Assembly: GCA_051294375.1 (NCBI GenBank)
Contig: CM119268.1
Span: 18,607,889-18,671,888, forward strand
DNA length: 64,000 bases
Reading direction: 5' to 3'
Source: Paraspadella gotoi
Lineage: Eukaryota > Animalia > Chaetognatha
The position numbers and the translations under genes were made by a program. The notes under the pieces are model-generated. The model worked only from the letters and a program-made list of their open reading frames with translations, searched no databases and was not told where the DNA came from. Below are positions 26,243 to 38,918 of the stretch, piece after piece. Position 1 is the first letter of the stretch. Each line of letters begins with the position of its first letter.

Positions 26243-26310
26243 CTGACAAAGGAAAGAAAGAAAAATCGGAAGCTCAAATTCGACCTCTCTCTGTCTCTCT
26301 CCTCTCTCTC

Positions 26311-26359
<49 letters not shown>

Positions 26360-26381
26360 CTTTCTACCTCACATAAAACAG

Positions 26382-26586
26382 GACCTCTACAACCGTTGGT
26401 GGCGCCGGCGACGCGGCGTCCTCTGCGGCGCCGACACGTCTGCTCCCCGCGGCGCCAACTCCCTGGCGATGACGAACGTGGGCGGCGCCTTCCTCGTCCT
26501 CGTCGCGGGACTCGGCGTCGCCTTCGTCGTCGCCGTTGGGGAATTCGTTTGGAAGGCGAGGAAGAATTGGGACCTGACCGAGCTGG
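26382..26586 (+). CDS. iGluR exon, end of S2 and M4 (DLYNRWW...C...NVGGAFLVLVAGLGVAFVVAVGEFVWKARKN...)
   Basis: aacag acceptor; M4 matches kainate NIGGIFIVL...GEF. Donor GTGAGA at 26587, phase 1; read-through would stop at 26618. Confidence 0.92.
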
Positions 26587-26801
26587 GTGAGAAATTGGGA
26601 CCTGGTTCAGCGTGGTGAGAAATTGGGATCTAAACAAATTGAGTAAGGAGTTGGAACCTGGTCCAGCAGGGTGAGAAATTGGGATCTAAATAAATTGGGT
26701 AAGGAGTTGGGACCTGGTCAAGCGGGGTAAGAAGTTGGGATCGAACCGAGATAAGTTCCAAGGACCTGGTCTAGTTAAGTGAGGAATTGGGACCTGACCG
26801 A
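26565..26801 (+). repeat. 28-bp tandem repeat built from the M4 exon end plus its splice donor
   Basis: Units start at 26565, 26593, 26621, 26649, 26677, 26705 and 26733, with a final partial copy at 26785. Confidence 0.88.
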
Positions 26802-27131
26802 TTTTGAAGAATTGGTTCCTTTTAAAGTTTTTTGGGGCAAGATGTTACCATGGTTACCTGACCGAATTGATAGATTAAAAGATAAAAAAAGGAAACGCTG
26901 TGGAAGACGATGCCGCGAGTAGTACTTAAATACAACCGCTACAAAATCTAATTAATTGCGACGAGGAAATACATAACAAAAAAGTCTATAGACTCGTATA
27001 GATTCGTATAGATTCGTTTTTTATTTTTCTAGTTATGATCTCCGTAAATTAGATTAAGCGGAGACCCGAACCCCCGACCGAACTGTTTTAATTTTATTTT
27101 CTTTTATTATTTCCTTTTTTTTCTTCCTCAG

Positions 27132-27232
27132 ATGAGGACTTTAGCTTTCCTCGAGATTCCGGCGTCCGACGTCATCGCCACGCCTCCTCGTCGAAAGACG
27201 ACGAAGACGACGGGGGTCAGTCAAGATTTTGA
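27132..27232 (+). CDS. iGluR C-terminal exon (DEDFSFPRDSGVRRHRHASSSKDDEDDGGQSRF*), or internal exon ending at 27215
   Basis: Strong polypyrimidine tract plus cag acceptor; phase 1 matches the 26586 donor. Internal phase-1 donor GTCAGT at 27216. Confidence 0.7.
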
Positions 27233-27559
27233 GTCTTGTTGTTGTTGTTGTTGTTTACTGTTGACTACCCTCGCAAGCACAACTGCTTTACAACCTCTGC
27301 ATTGCAGAGACACAGTTACTTTTTTTTACATAATAATAGTAGGTTTACTTTTTTCGTCCAATTTTTCTTCAACAGTTCGAATTGTAACAAAATTTACAAA
27401 CTCCTATATCCATTGATAAAAGTTGGTCAGGGATAGTGTGTTTCAATAAGTCGCAACTCACGACTTCAAAAATAAAATTGAATTTGCACAAGAATCGAAA
27501 AATCCATATAAGTCGGTGTTTTCTTTCCAGTTTCTTATTTGGTTTCCTTCTTATTTTTT

Positions 27560-27752
27560 CTTTCCTCCTCATCCTCATCTTTGCTCATCCTCATCATTCT
27601 TCTCATCCTCATCTTTTCTCCTCATCCTCATCTTTCCTCCTTATCCTCATCTTTCCTCCTCATCCTCATCTTTCCTCCTCATCCTAATCTTTCCTCCTCA
27701 TCCTCATCTTTCCTCCTCATCCTCATCTTTTCTCCTCATCCTCATCTTTCCT
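27560..27752. repeat. 19-bp minisatellite (tcctcatctttcctcctca)
   Basis: About 10 copies. Confidence 0.88.
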
Positions 27753-29303
27753 CCCACTTGTACTTGTTCATCCGTTCTTCAATTTGTCTGTTCTCCGTCA
27801 TGTATTCAATTTTCGTCCCGTTACGATCGTTAACCGACAATTTATACTATTTTCTCTTTTCTTGTTTCATCTAAACTGAAAAAGGAAACACATATTCTTT
27901 TTCCATTTATTCCCCGCTGTGTTCTATGGTTTTGTTTAGGTGTCACAGGTCTAAAAATCACGCCCTTATTTGCTCCTTTCACGTTTGCTCCCATCTTTTC
28001 ACGTTTTCTACTATTTTTATATTTCCCCTCATTTTTCTTTCTTTTTCTTTTCTCTTTTTCCTCCCTCCCATTTTTTTCCCTACCCCATCTCTTCCACCCT
28101 CGGTCCCTCCACCATCTCTCTGTCTCGTCATGTTTGAATATATTCTTCCTTTCCCAGCAGGAGGAGCCCGTGTCCTTCCCTCCTCTTAGTTTTTGTTATT
28201 CTTTTTCTCTGCCAAGGACGAATCAATCCAGTCGTCCGACCATCCGTGCGTCCATTTGTCCGTGTCGTACTTCATAATTTCATTGTTATTTAATTGAAAT
28301 GAAAGAAATAATCTTTAAACTGTGAAACTGTCAAATTTATGTACTATTATGTCAATGGATGAAAATAGTGACAAACTCTTTTATTTATTCTTGTAGTTAG
28401 TAGAATTTACAGTTAAACTTTTATATTATTTACTGACAATCATGAAACCGAAAAGCGTAACTCTCAGGCGACCAACCAACTTTAACCTAAAACGAGCACA
28501 AGTACAAATACTATTAAACATAAAAATAAAAAAGAAATGAAAGAAAAACCCATAAAAGACGAACGAGAAAAAAATCTAGGGAAAAAAAATCTATCCGATG
28601 GAGAATAAAAAAAAACATTGAACCACCTCCCCAATTCTGCGCTTTGAACTCAGGGATTCAATAAAGCCTCAAAGTTTTATTCCCACATTAAAGGAAAACC
28701 GGGAATTGTCGTCGTTGTTGTCGTTGTCGTTGGAAAAGTTGTCCGGTTGGAAAAGTCCCTTTTCTTTGTCTTTGAAACGAGTCATACTCCTCTTTTTGCC
28801 AGCCTTGTCTAAACTCCGTTTCATACTATGAGCTTACATTTCATTTCACACAATCGGCCCTTTCACTCACCCTTTTTCTCACCCAGATTCGACTCACCGC
28901 GTTCGCCGGCCTCGATCCTCCCTCCGTTCACATTTGTGCCAAAACTTCTGCTTCGCCGTCAAATGCGACGAAATTCGCGCCAACAAAAATTTGGCGCGAA
29001 AACTCAACGAGCAGAATCACCTCCTCTCTTCCTCGGGATTGGATAACGGGGGTGAGCGACCGTGAGGAAAAGTCACGTCGTGTGAGAAAATCCTTGGCGA
29101 ATGTCACGTTTTTTTTTCACCCAGTGAGACGAAGATTTTGGATTGGGAGAACTTTTTTTATTTTCTCTCTGATATAATTGAGTTTTAGAAAGAGAAAATG
29201 ACTGAAAATTGTGTTCAATTATATGGCTGTAGCAAGTTATAACTTTTTAAAAAATTATTAAATTATAAAACATTGTCGTATAATCCTTTCGTTTCGTTGT
29301 GTA

Positions 29304-29403
29304 ATAATTAGAAGAGTTTGGAATTAATTTTCAACAACGGTTTATTTCAATAAAAAATGAAATAAACCGTTGTTGAAAATTAATTTCAAACTCTTCTAAT
29401 TAT
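29304..29403. repeat. Near-perfect 46-bp inverted repeat with 8-nt loop
   Basis: Arms 29304-29349 and 29358-29403, one G:T mismatch. Confidence 0.92.
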
Positions 29404-30213
29404 AAAACAAAAATTTGTTGAACTAAATTCATAACAGTCAGCACCTTTTTTTTTGATGCTAATGCGGAGTACAAGAGTACATTCTACTATTTCCCGATCT
29501 ATACGAATTGTATACGAATTGAAACTGTTAAAAAATATTTGATCTCTTCCAAGAACTGTGAGTCTTGATTGAAAGCTTGCGGGGTCTAAGTTGTAAGAGG
29601 TCTTTACCAAAGTCCAAAATCAGGAGCATGATAGCTGGTTTATTAAATTAACGAGAACGAAACTATCTAAAAAACCGATTGGAAATGTTTTTCTTTCTCA
29701 AAAGAAAGAAATTCTTGGTCTGAGTCGACTCTCGATCGCGTTGCCTGAAAACTCCACCTGAAAAATCTCCCAGGGATTGAAGAAAAGATTTGTAACCGAA
29801 TTGAGGGATAAACGGGGATTGCAAGACTCCGCCAGTCGATGGTTGTGGGCGCATCTGTGAGTCAGTGTGTGTGCTTTGCGAACAAGTGTGCGAGTATGTG
29901 TGTTAATTTTGGAGTATATTATGTCTTTAAAAATGTTTCTCATAGTGAGAGAAGTGTACAAGTCAGGGAAATATTCAAGAATATTAAATTCTAACGACAA
30001 GACAAATAAACTCTCTTGCCTCTTGATTTTATTTCCTGGAGGCTTAATGAATAATTTTAGTTTTTTTTTTAAATTAAATAATCGAAATTAAATTAATAAT
30101 ATTAAAAAAAAATCATATCAATTTAATATTTCATAATCTGGGTTATTTTACTATTTTCATACAAGCAAAACTTTTAAAGCTTTTTAAAGAATATTCTCCC
30201 ACCGCCCTTCCAG

Positions 30214-30422
30214 GACTGCAATCGGCCTTCCACGCCCTCGACGCCGTCCCCATTTCCGGCGTCATTCCATCCCCCGATTCCATGTCCACCACAGTCGCCG
30301 TCCTCACGGCGCCGCTCGGAGCCAACGGCGCCACTTTGCCAAGATCACTCCGCCTCAGAACTTCTTCGCCGTCTGCGCGGACTCATCAGGCAAAGGTGGT
30401 GGAGGAAAAGGAAAGAAAGTAA
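30214..30422 (+). CDS. Probable further or alternative iGluR C-terminal exon (GLQSAFHALDAVPISGVIPSPDSMST...)
   Basis: GC-rich island after cccttccag; phase 1 open frame with codon usage like the other exons. Ends at TAA 30420-30422, or splices at 30390/30396. Confidence 0.55.
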
Positions 30423-31962
30423 AGTAGGAGGAAAAGGTTTGTGAAAAAACGGAAAAAGAAACTTAAAAAGTAAATTTAACTTGTAGCAAAGGAAGAAGAG
30501 AAGTTTTCGGTGAAAGGAAAAACGGGGAGCAGCAGAACTAAAGTGAAAAAAAAAAAAACGGTAAGAAAGACGTTGCAGGCATATCGAAAAAAAAAAAACT
30601 AACCAATAACGAAACATAGGACTAGCTAGAAAGATAGAGAACAAAAGGAAACGACCGAAAACTTTATCCTACAGTCGGAGACGGAGTAGGGCGAGAGAAG
30701 AGAGGAGAAGAGATGAGAAGAGAGAAGAGAGAGAGAGAGAGAGAGGGAAGAGAGAGGAGAGAGAGAGAGAGAGGCGAGACGAGAGAGGAGAGAAAGAGAA
30801 TAGAAGGAAAACGAATTACCTCTTGTCCTCCAGTAAGTAGGAGTGGAAAGGGTGAAAGAGCGCGATGGTTTGACAAGAGCGTAAAAAAAGGCAGTAATAT
30901 GAAGGAGGAAAACATTCGCAGTCGATTCAGGACGGTGGGCGAAGGAAATTCGTCTCTGTCGTAAAATTCGTGGAGAATCGGAGGGACTAAGAATTATGCA
31001 AGATTGATCTGTAAAAAAAATTGTAGCAAAGAGAATAAATTTCTCGTATGTAGTGGTGTAGAAAAGAGAAAAGAGGATAAAATAAAGACGGAACAAAAAG
31101 GGTCAGTTAATTTTTTAAAAATAATTACGAGTTAATTAAAATTATTAAAACTAAAATGTAATTGTTGGAAGAAAGGTCATTCTTTGGTTATTAGAAAACA
31201 TGCAGTGATCTATCTAAATTTAACTATTAATCTTTTAAATAATAGTGACTAGTAAATGTAAAACTTATTAAAAATTTACAGGTACAATCGTGAAAACTTA
31301 AACAAAAAAATTGTGAATGATTTAGTACTCAATGATTTCGTTTGATTTCCTCGTTTCTTTTCACATTTTCATGTGGCTTCCGCTGCTCATGACAGTGTCA
31401 CTTTTTTATTCCGTATTTTTCCAGACTTCATTTTTTTATTTTTTACAATTTTCTTTGGTTTTGATCTTATCGTTTCAACAATAAANNNNNNNNNNNNNNN
31501 NNNNNNNNNNNNNNNNNNNNNNNNNNNNNNNNNNNNNNNNNNNNNNNNNNNNNNNNNNNNNNNNNNNNNNNNNNNNNNNNNNNNNNNNNNNNNNNNNNNN
31601 NNNNNNNNNNNNNNNNNNNNNNNNNNNNNNNNNNNNNNNNNNNNNNNNNNNNNNNNNNNNNNNNNNNNNNNNNNNNNNNNNNNNNNNNNNNNNNNNNNNN
31701 NNNNNNNNNNNNNNNNNNNNNNNNNNNNNNNNNNNNNNNNNNNNNNNNNNNNNNNNCTGACCAGGTCTATTTTTTTGCGACAATCCTGTTCAGCTTTATG
31801 AAACATAAATATTAACGAATAAAAAATTATGAGATGATATTTAAGACAGAGTTCACAAAATTATTTTCCCACAAAAAACTTTCCTTCCTTTTTCGATCTC
31901 CATTCCTCCCTCAAATCTCAACCCCTCCACCCCCCAATCCGCCCCCCCTTTCTTACGCTCAG

Positions 31963-32316
31963 ACGCGGNNNNNNNNNNNNNNNNNNNNNNNNNNNNNNNN
32001 NNNNNNNNNNNNNNNNNNNNNNNNNNNNNNNNNNNNNNNNNNNNNNNNNNNNNNNNNNNNNNNNNNNNNNNNNNNNNNNNNNNNNNNNNNNNNNNNNNNN
32101 NNNNNNNNNNNNNNNNNNNNNNNNNNNNNNNNNNNNNNNNNNNNNNNNNNNNNNNNNNNNNNNNNNNNNNNNNNNNNNNNNNNNNNNNNNNNNNNNNNNN
32201 NNNNNNNNNNNNNNNNNNNNNNNNNNNNNNNNNNNNNNNNNNNNNNNNNNNNGGGATTTATGGATGAGTGGGCGGCAATCTTGGGAGAGAAGGAGACACC
32301 AGTGGGTGAGAAGTAG
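31963..32316 (+). CDS. Possible terminal iGluR exon interrupted by an N-gap (TR...gap...GFMDEWAAILGEKETPVGEK*)
   Basis: Acceptor ctttcttacgctcag directly before the gap; coding-like sequence and TAG after it, then AT-rich UTR-like DNA. Confidence 0.35.
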   Translation, partial: TRXXXXXXXXXXXXXXXXXXXXXXXXXXXXXXXXXXXXXXXXXXXXXXXXXXXXXXXXXXXXXXXXXXXXXXXXXXXXXXXXXXXXXXXXXXXXXXXGFMDEWAAILGEKETPVGEK

Positions 32317-35115
32317 AGAGAACGGAAAGGGTTTTCCTCCGATCACTAAGTCCTCTTTGAGTGTGAAGCGAGTGTCTGACTCCAATTGGTTTTTCTCGTT
32401 TATTTTCTAATCTTTTTATTTTATTGTTATGTCACTGGTTTGGCTCCCTCCTTGGGTAGGACAGGGCGGGGCTTTACCATCCAAGCGTCAACTTAAAAAA
32501 TAAAAGAATTAAAGTGAATCTGGAAATGCGAGTTTGGACAGATTATGATCCAGTACAAACATCCGTTTTTAAGTGTAATAGTTTTTGAACGCTCCTCTCC
32601 ACTCGTCTCCTTCAAGAATTTGGTGCTGATTTTCTTATCTTTTATTTTTGTTATCGGTTTTTTTTTTCTTAGGGGGGGGGGAGAAATTAAAATGGTTTTC
32701 CTTGTTGTCAACCGATTTTATTTGTATTTATATTTTATTAATTACGGTCGCCATTAATTTCGCCGTTGAAAACTTTTTTTCGCTCCGCACTCGTTTACTG
32801 TTTAAACTTTTTTTTGTTTCCGCAAACGACGAGGAGAAAAAATTAAAGCGATGCTTTGAAATTAGAATTAATCTGAGCGTGCCTTATTAATTTTAACAAG
32901 TTTTTTTTTTTAACGTTTTTGCCGTTCGAACCGTTCGGCGAAAAGTAAGGAAAAAAACAATATAAAAAAAAAAAAAAAAAAAACAATTTTTTTATTATTG
33001 CCATTCGTTAAAAAAAATCTTACTTTTTACCTTCTTCGTTTTTGGACATTTCTATAGTATCTGAATGTAATGACTGTTACGTGTTGTAAATAAATCGAGA
33101 ATAATTTTCTTTTTCATTCTTTTAATTATTTTATTTCCCTAAGCTAATTACCAAGAGAAAAAAACTTGAAATTACAAGCAAATGATGGCTGATGCAAAAA
33201 TGTCCTGAGGACCAGAAATTTTTAAACCTAATTATAATGTCCAGATTTCACCAGTTCACAAGCGGTGAAAACGAAGCCATCCTCGACGTGAATAATGTTT
33301 GTGAATTTTTTTGAAAATTTACTAATTCCTATATTTAGCGTAATGTGACATATAGTTCTTCTGAACTACACTGCAATTCTCCACCGAACAAATACGTGAT
33401 GAAATTATTGTTATTTTGTTCATTTTAATCCGTTTCTCGTATTTTTGTCGAGAGGATATTCCACGACTTTTGTTTAAAAAACAACCAACGTAATATTTAA
33501 ACTCTGCGTCAGAGGACAGGACAAATCTTTTTCACGAAATAAATAATGAGGGGAAAACAAAAGGCAAGCCGGTCCCGAAGGATACGTTGGACCTTAAGAC
33601 TTTAGGACCTTAAGTTAGGTTTAAGTAAAACTACTATAGGAATACTTAAATAATATTTTTGCTGGATAAATTAAAATATGTAGTTAATATAATTATGTCA
33701 TATTTGTTTAAACCTACGAGGCTGGAATCAATCAGATATTTTTTAAATTTAAACAGAAGCGTGTCGTAGAATCTAATTAACACTACAAAATTGAATAATT
33801 TTATTAAATTATATTTTTCCTATTCTATTATTTAAAGCAACTGGCTGCCCCAATCAGTAAGTTTTGTTAGAATTCAAGATCATCATTGCGGTAAACAGAT
33901 TCCACAGCTCAATGAAAACATTATATTTTAACTAAAAATTAAATATACAATTTTAAGGTCTTTATTATTGAATGTTTTTTATTGCTAATTGCTATCATTG
34001 TTATTTTAGCACTTTTGTTTTAAGCAACTGATCCGCTCAGAGGGCAATGAATTATCTTGGCTAATGTTGAAGCCTGACCCACTGGTTCGTTATATTACCA
34101 AAAACTTTTTTCCCGCGTTAACCGAAGTCTATTTAAATCTCCAAGTTTCCATATTAAATTTAACCCTTAGCCGAAAATCAATTTGCATTTTTCACTTAAC
34201 TTCGGCTAGAAAATCTTCCGCCTCACCAGCCTTACGCTGATGTTTTGCGGGCGTTTTCGCCGCAGGAGCGCGGCAGAGGAAAAGCTGCATCGTCCTATTA
34301 AAAATGGTGAGGCATTTATCGCAAAGATGGAGCAACTTAGCGTTGAGTCACATTTTTATGCATAGACAAACCAAGCTTGAACAATTTTAGTTTTAAATAA
34401 ATAAATAATTAATAAAAACATATATGAAAAATAAAAAAAAGTAAAAAATGTATGTTAATTAAACTTAAAATTAATTATTTCCAAAAAACTTAAATAAGTG
34501 AAACAAGTAATTATGTAATTTTCATCATGACGTACAAACGCTTCAAATGAATCAATTATAACAAAAAAACTATTCATCCAATCAAATGTCCCAAATCATT
34601 AATTGTCGGCTTTTAACGAATTTTTTCAACGATCGACAACAACAACAACAAGGACAACGACGAGATTTAATCGATCCCCAGACGGACAACAACAACAAAG
34701 ACCGTAATTAAACAAAAACAAAATAAACCATTCAAACCGGGCAGCTGGAAAGGATCAGCTGAATCGTATGAGGTGAATAAAATACATGAACCAAAACAAA
34801 ATTTCATAAAAGACAAAGAAAAATATAATTAGGATTAAAAAAGAAATAAAAAAAAAGAAAAAAAAAGGGAGAAAACGATAGAACTTTAACGAAAATAAAT
34901 ATCGACGAGAAAGATGACGATTCGAAAATGTTTAATAATATAACGACGAAAGAAAAAAGTCACGAATTTTAATCTAGTCCTTTAAATATGTTAGAGACGA
35001 GAATATTGTTAAGTGAATAAATGAATAAATATATTAATTAATAATGAATAATAATGAAAAAAAATATTGCCAATATCTGACAAAGAAAGAAAGAAAAATC
35101 GGAAGCTCAAATTCG

Positions 35116-35152
<37 letters not shown>

Positions 35153-36293
35153 NNNNNNNNNNNNNNNNNNNNNNNNNNNNNNNNNNNNNNNNNNNNNNNN
35201 NNNNNNNNNNNNNNNNNNNNNNNNNNNNNNNNNNNNNNNNNNNNNNNNNNNNNNNNNNNNNNNNNNNNNNNNNNNNNNNNNNNNNNNNNNNNNNNNNNNN
35301 NNTCACTCTCTCTCTCTAACTCTCGCTCTCAATCAATAAACGGAGTCGTCCGGTAAACGCATTTTCTTTTTTCATCCTTTTTTGCCACGCTATCCTTTCT
35401 TGTTCCTGTTGCTCCTCCTTCCTTCCCATTCCTCCTCCTCCTCTTCCTCCTTCTCATCCTCTTGCTCATCCTCTTCCTCCTCCTCCCGTTTTCTTATGCT
35501 CCTCCAACAGTTCTTCGTCCTGCTCCCTATTGGTTGCCAACTCGGCGTCTCTNNNNNNNNNNNNNNNNNNNNNNNNNNNNNNNNNNNNNNNNNNNNNNNN
35601 NNNNNNNNNNNNNNNNNNNNNNNNNNNNNNNNNNNNNNNNNNNNNNNNNNNNNNNNNNNNNNNNNNNNNNNNNNNNNNNNNNNNNNNNNNNNNNNNNNNN
35701 NNNNNNNNNNNNNNNNNNNNNNAGAAATTCTAAAATACGAAAATTCCGTACCACACTATTCTCAATTTTTCGTTTTTTTGTTATATATATAATTTTTAAA
35801 ACTTAATTATCTTTCCCAATTTTTTTTCGATAAAAAACTTCTTCAACCAAAGGCTACGATTCTCCATATAAAAAATAAAGATGCTTTAACCGGTATCACA
35901 TTACTAATAAAAATGGTAATGTGGAAATTTTTAAATGTCACAAAAGCTACGACTCAATATTTCTCCTTTGTTCGTTTATTATAGCCCTATTTATATACAT
36001 GAATTCGTTTTTCTTTTTCATTTTGCGTTATTGGTTCAGAATGAAAATTGTTTTTCCTTTTATTTTTCCTTCAAAGGGAAAAAGGATTAAGTTGGATTCT
36101 TTCATCTTTCAACGTTATTGACTTTTCCCGATTACGAAGAGGAGGGACCTCGCTCAATCGTTGCTCATGGCTTATTTCATTTAAAGAGAGAAAGAGAAGA
36201 GAAAGATAAGTTTAAAATGAAGTAAAGATAAAAGAAAATCAATCAAGGATACAAAAAGAAAAAAATAAAGAAAGAAAGAAAGAAAGAAAGAAA

Positions 36294-36369
<76 letters not shown>

Positions 36370-37199
36370 AGGAAAGAAAGAAGGAAAAAAAGAAAGAAGG
36401 AAAGAAAGAAAAAAAAGGAAAAAAAAAGAAAGAAAAAAACAAACAAACTAATGATTGAAGAAATGTAAGAAATATGATAAGAAATACTTATAAAAAAGAG
36501 AAAAACAAGAGAAGAAAAAGAGAGAGAAAAAGCGGTTTTAGTTTCATGTTTTCCTATCGCATGTCTATTCAAAAAAAAGAGAGAGAGAGAGAGTCGGACG
36601 GNNNNNNNNNNNNNNNNNNNNNNNNNNNNNNNNNNNNNNNNNNNNNNNNNNNNNNNNNNNNNNNNNNNNNNNNNNNNNNNNNNNNNNNNNNNNNNNNNNN
36701 NNNNNNNNNNNNNNNNNNNNNNNNNNNNNNNNNNNNNNNNNNNNNNNNNNNNNNNAGAGAGCCAACGCTCGCCAACGTCTCGTAAAACCCGCGGCGTCTC
36801 GATGAGTCATCCCCTTCCTTCCAAGATTCATGATCCTTCTCTTCACTTTCTACCAACCTGTTCCTTCTCTTACGTTGCTCGTTCGTCTTTTTCGTCGACC
36901 TCATCGTTTATTCGTCGTCATCGTCGTCGTCATCCTCGTATCCTTTCGACATCAAAGAAAATATCATTCTGGTTTCTTCACTTGTCCCAAATATTTTCGG
37001 AATCGCCGTGGTCGTCGTCGTCTCCGACGTAGTAAAATCTACCGATATCAACCTGGCCTCGTTGTCGAAAACGTAAACAAGGGAAACAAAAAATTAGAAG
37101 AATCAAGCAACGACTTTTGTTGACGTCGATTCCACTCGCAGACTCTGACGCAAACGTCGGGGAGAACAACGACAAAGACGATGACGCTTCAATTTTCAC

Positions 37200-37286
<87 letters not shown>

Positions 37287-38419
37287 CTCTGGCACGTTTC
37301 CATCCCACTACTTATCATGTCCCTCCGTCGCGTCCCTGGCTCTCCCTCCGCCTCGAGTCTTCGTGTAGCGACCAGTTGCCTTTCGTCGTTGCCCATGCGA
37401 CGGGGAGAGCGTACGCGTTATGTCAGCGCTTGTGGACGAAGAAGGGAGGCGGGTGGAGAGAACGGTTCGTATCTTTTTTTAAATTTAAAATGTATTTTCA
37501 AATTATTCGTAGTATTCAATCGCACTCTCACAAGTTTAATCGTTCAAAAAAAAAATAGTAAACAAGTTTTTGATTTTAAGTCTTTCAATTTGCTTTCTTA
37601 ATTATTTTAGACTTTAACAAATCCTTCCTCTTGCTTCATGTTTGATGCATCCATTAGAGCGATGTGAAAAAAGTAAGACCATCTATATGTATAGTAATAA
37701 CTAATAAGTATATAAAGTCCAATTAACTTGATTAATTATACCGATTTTTAATTTTTTACCGAGCTTTGAATCATATATATTTTATTATTTTGATGTACTT
37801 AACAAGATTTATATTTAAATAATATTTTTTTAGATATTAAATAGTCCCACATACAAAATAATCTAACTGGTATCCTATTTTAGTAAAAAATGCAAATAAA
37901 TATAGATCATTATATACTATTAGTGTCTAATTCTTTCTTTCAAACTTCCCTTCGATCCATGGCATCGCGCCGGTCTCGTTTCTCCGACGCCGAGACTGAC
38001 ATGTTTATGTCGTCGCTCGGAGTAGAGGGGGGGACAGAGGGGGGCGAGTCGCGAGGCGGAGAAATTCGGTGAACGGGACCCCCGCTTTTTTTTAAGCGTC
38101 ACCAGAATTGAGAATCTGCGTCCGTCCGAGTTTTTGTACGCGTCACGTGACATAATCTTTGTTAGTACGGGTGTACGGGTGGGATTCGCTTCAGGATTAA
38201 TATATTGAGATCGAAATCAAAAGTCCAGATTCGCTGGGAAATTTTTTTTCGGTCTTAATCTTGTTTCACTGTTTCGAAGCACGCGGGAATTTTATCCCTC
38301 GTGGATTAAAATAATTTGATTCGAGGTACGTTTGACATTTTTTGGTCGTTGAGGGGCACTTTTAAGTTTTTTATATTATTTTATTCTAACTCCAATTACT
38401 CGTGATTGGATGGATGGAT

Positions 38420-38705
38420 TAAATTGAAATTTTTTGTGTGGGTGGGATAGTGTGGGATTGAGCTGGATGTAAAGTTTCGATGGAATCGTGCGAGTAGAAA
38501 TGAGTTTAAATGGAAAAAACAAAATTCATATCTACTTGAAGCATTTTTACTTATATTTACTCATAAATATTATAATTATTAAAAATTGGATAAATAAATT
38601 GAAATGAAATTTTGTGTGTGGGTAGGAAAGTATGTAATTAAGCTGGATATAAGTTTTTGATGGAATCGTAGTAGTGGAAAAGAGTTTAAAATAGAAAACA
38701 AAAAG
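38420..38705. repeat. Diverged tandem duplication, about 100-bp matching blocks roughly 175 bp apart
   Basis: aaattgaaat...gtgtgggt...agctggat...gatggaatcgt...gagtttaaa occurs twice. Confidence 0.8.
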
Positions 38706-38788
38706 ACATATTTATTTCAATTTTTAAAAGTTACTCTCGGTCTATTCGCTCTCTGATTGAATAATTGATTGAATGTTTGATTGATTGA

Positions 38789-38918
38789 TTGACCAAATTA
38801 TGCCAGTTTACAAAATTATGCCAGTTGACAAAATTACGCCAGTTGACAAAATTATGAAAGTTGACCAAATTATGCCTGTTGACCAAATTATGTCCGTTGA
38901 CCAAATAAGTTGACCAAA
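38789..38918. repeat. 18-bp minisatellite (ttgaccaaattatgccag), about 7 copies
   Basis: Direct repeats. Confidence 0.9.

Larger units (their letters stand above)
3255..32316 (+). other. Kainate-type ionotropic glutamate receptor gene (GRIK-like), visible span; 5' end missing, 3' end alternative or uncertain
   Basis: Nine phase-compatible exons give S1, M1, M2, M3 (SYTANLAAF), S2 and M4. Kainate-like motifs: [38 protein letters not shown]. Confidence 0.93.

Noticed and set aside
26565-26801. 28-bp periodic repeat as a CRISPR array
   Set aside because: Eukaryotic context, no unique spacers, no cas genes; it is a tandem minisatellite.
30355-30391. Minus-strand CTGATGAGTCC...GAAG hammerhead-like start
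   Set aside because: No proper stem II or GAAA core.
34220-34313. GC-rich island closed by gcctcacca/tggtgaggc with an internal hairpin; possible snoRNA, ribozyme or mini-exon
   Set aside because: No complete C/D, H/ACA or hammerhead boxes and no recognisable peptide.
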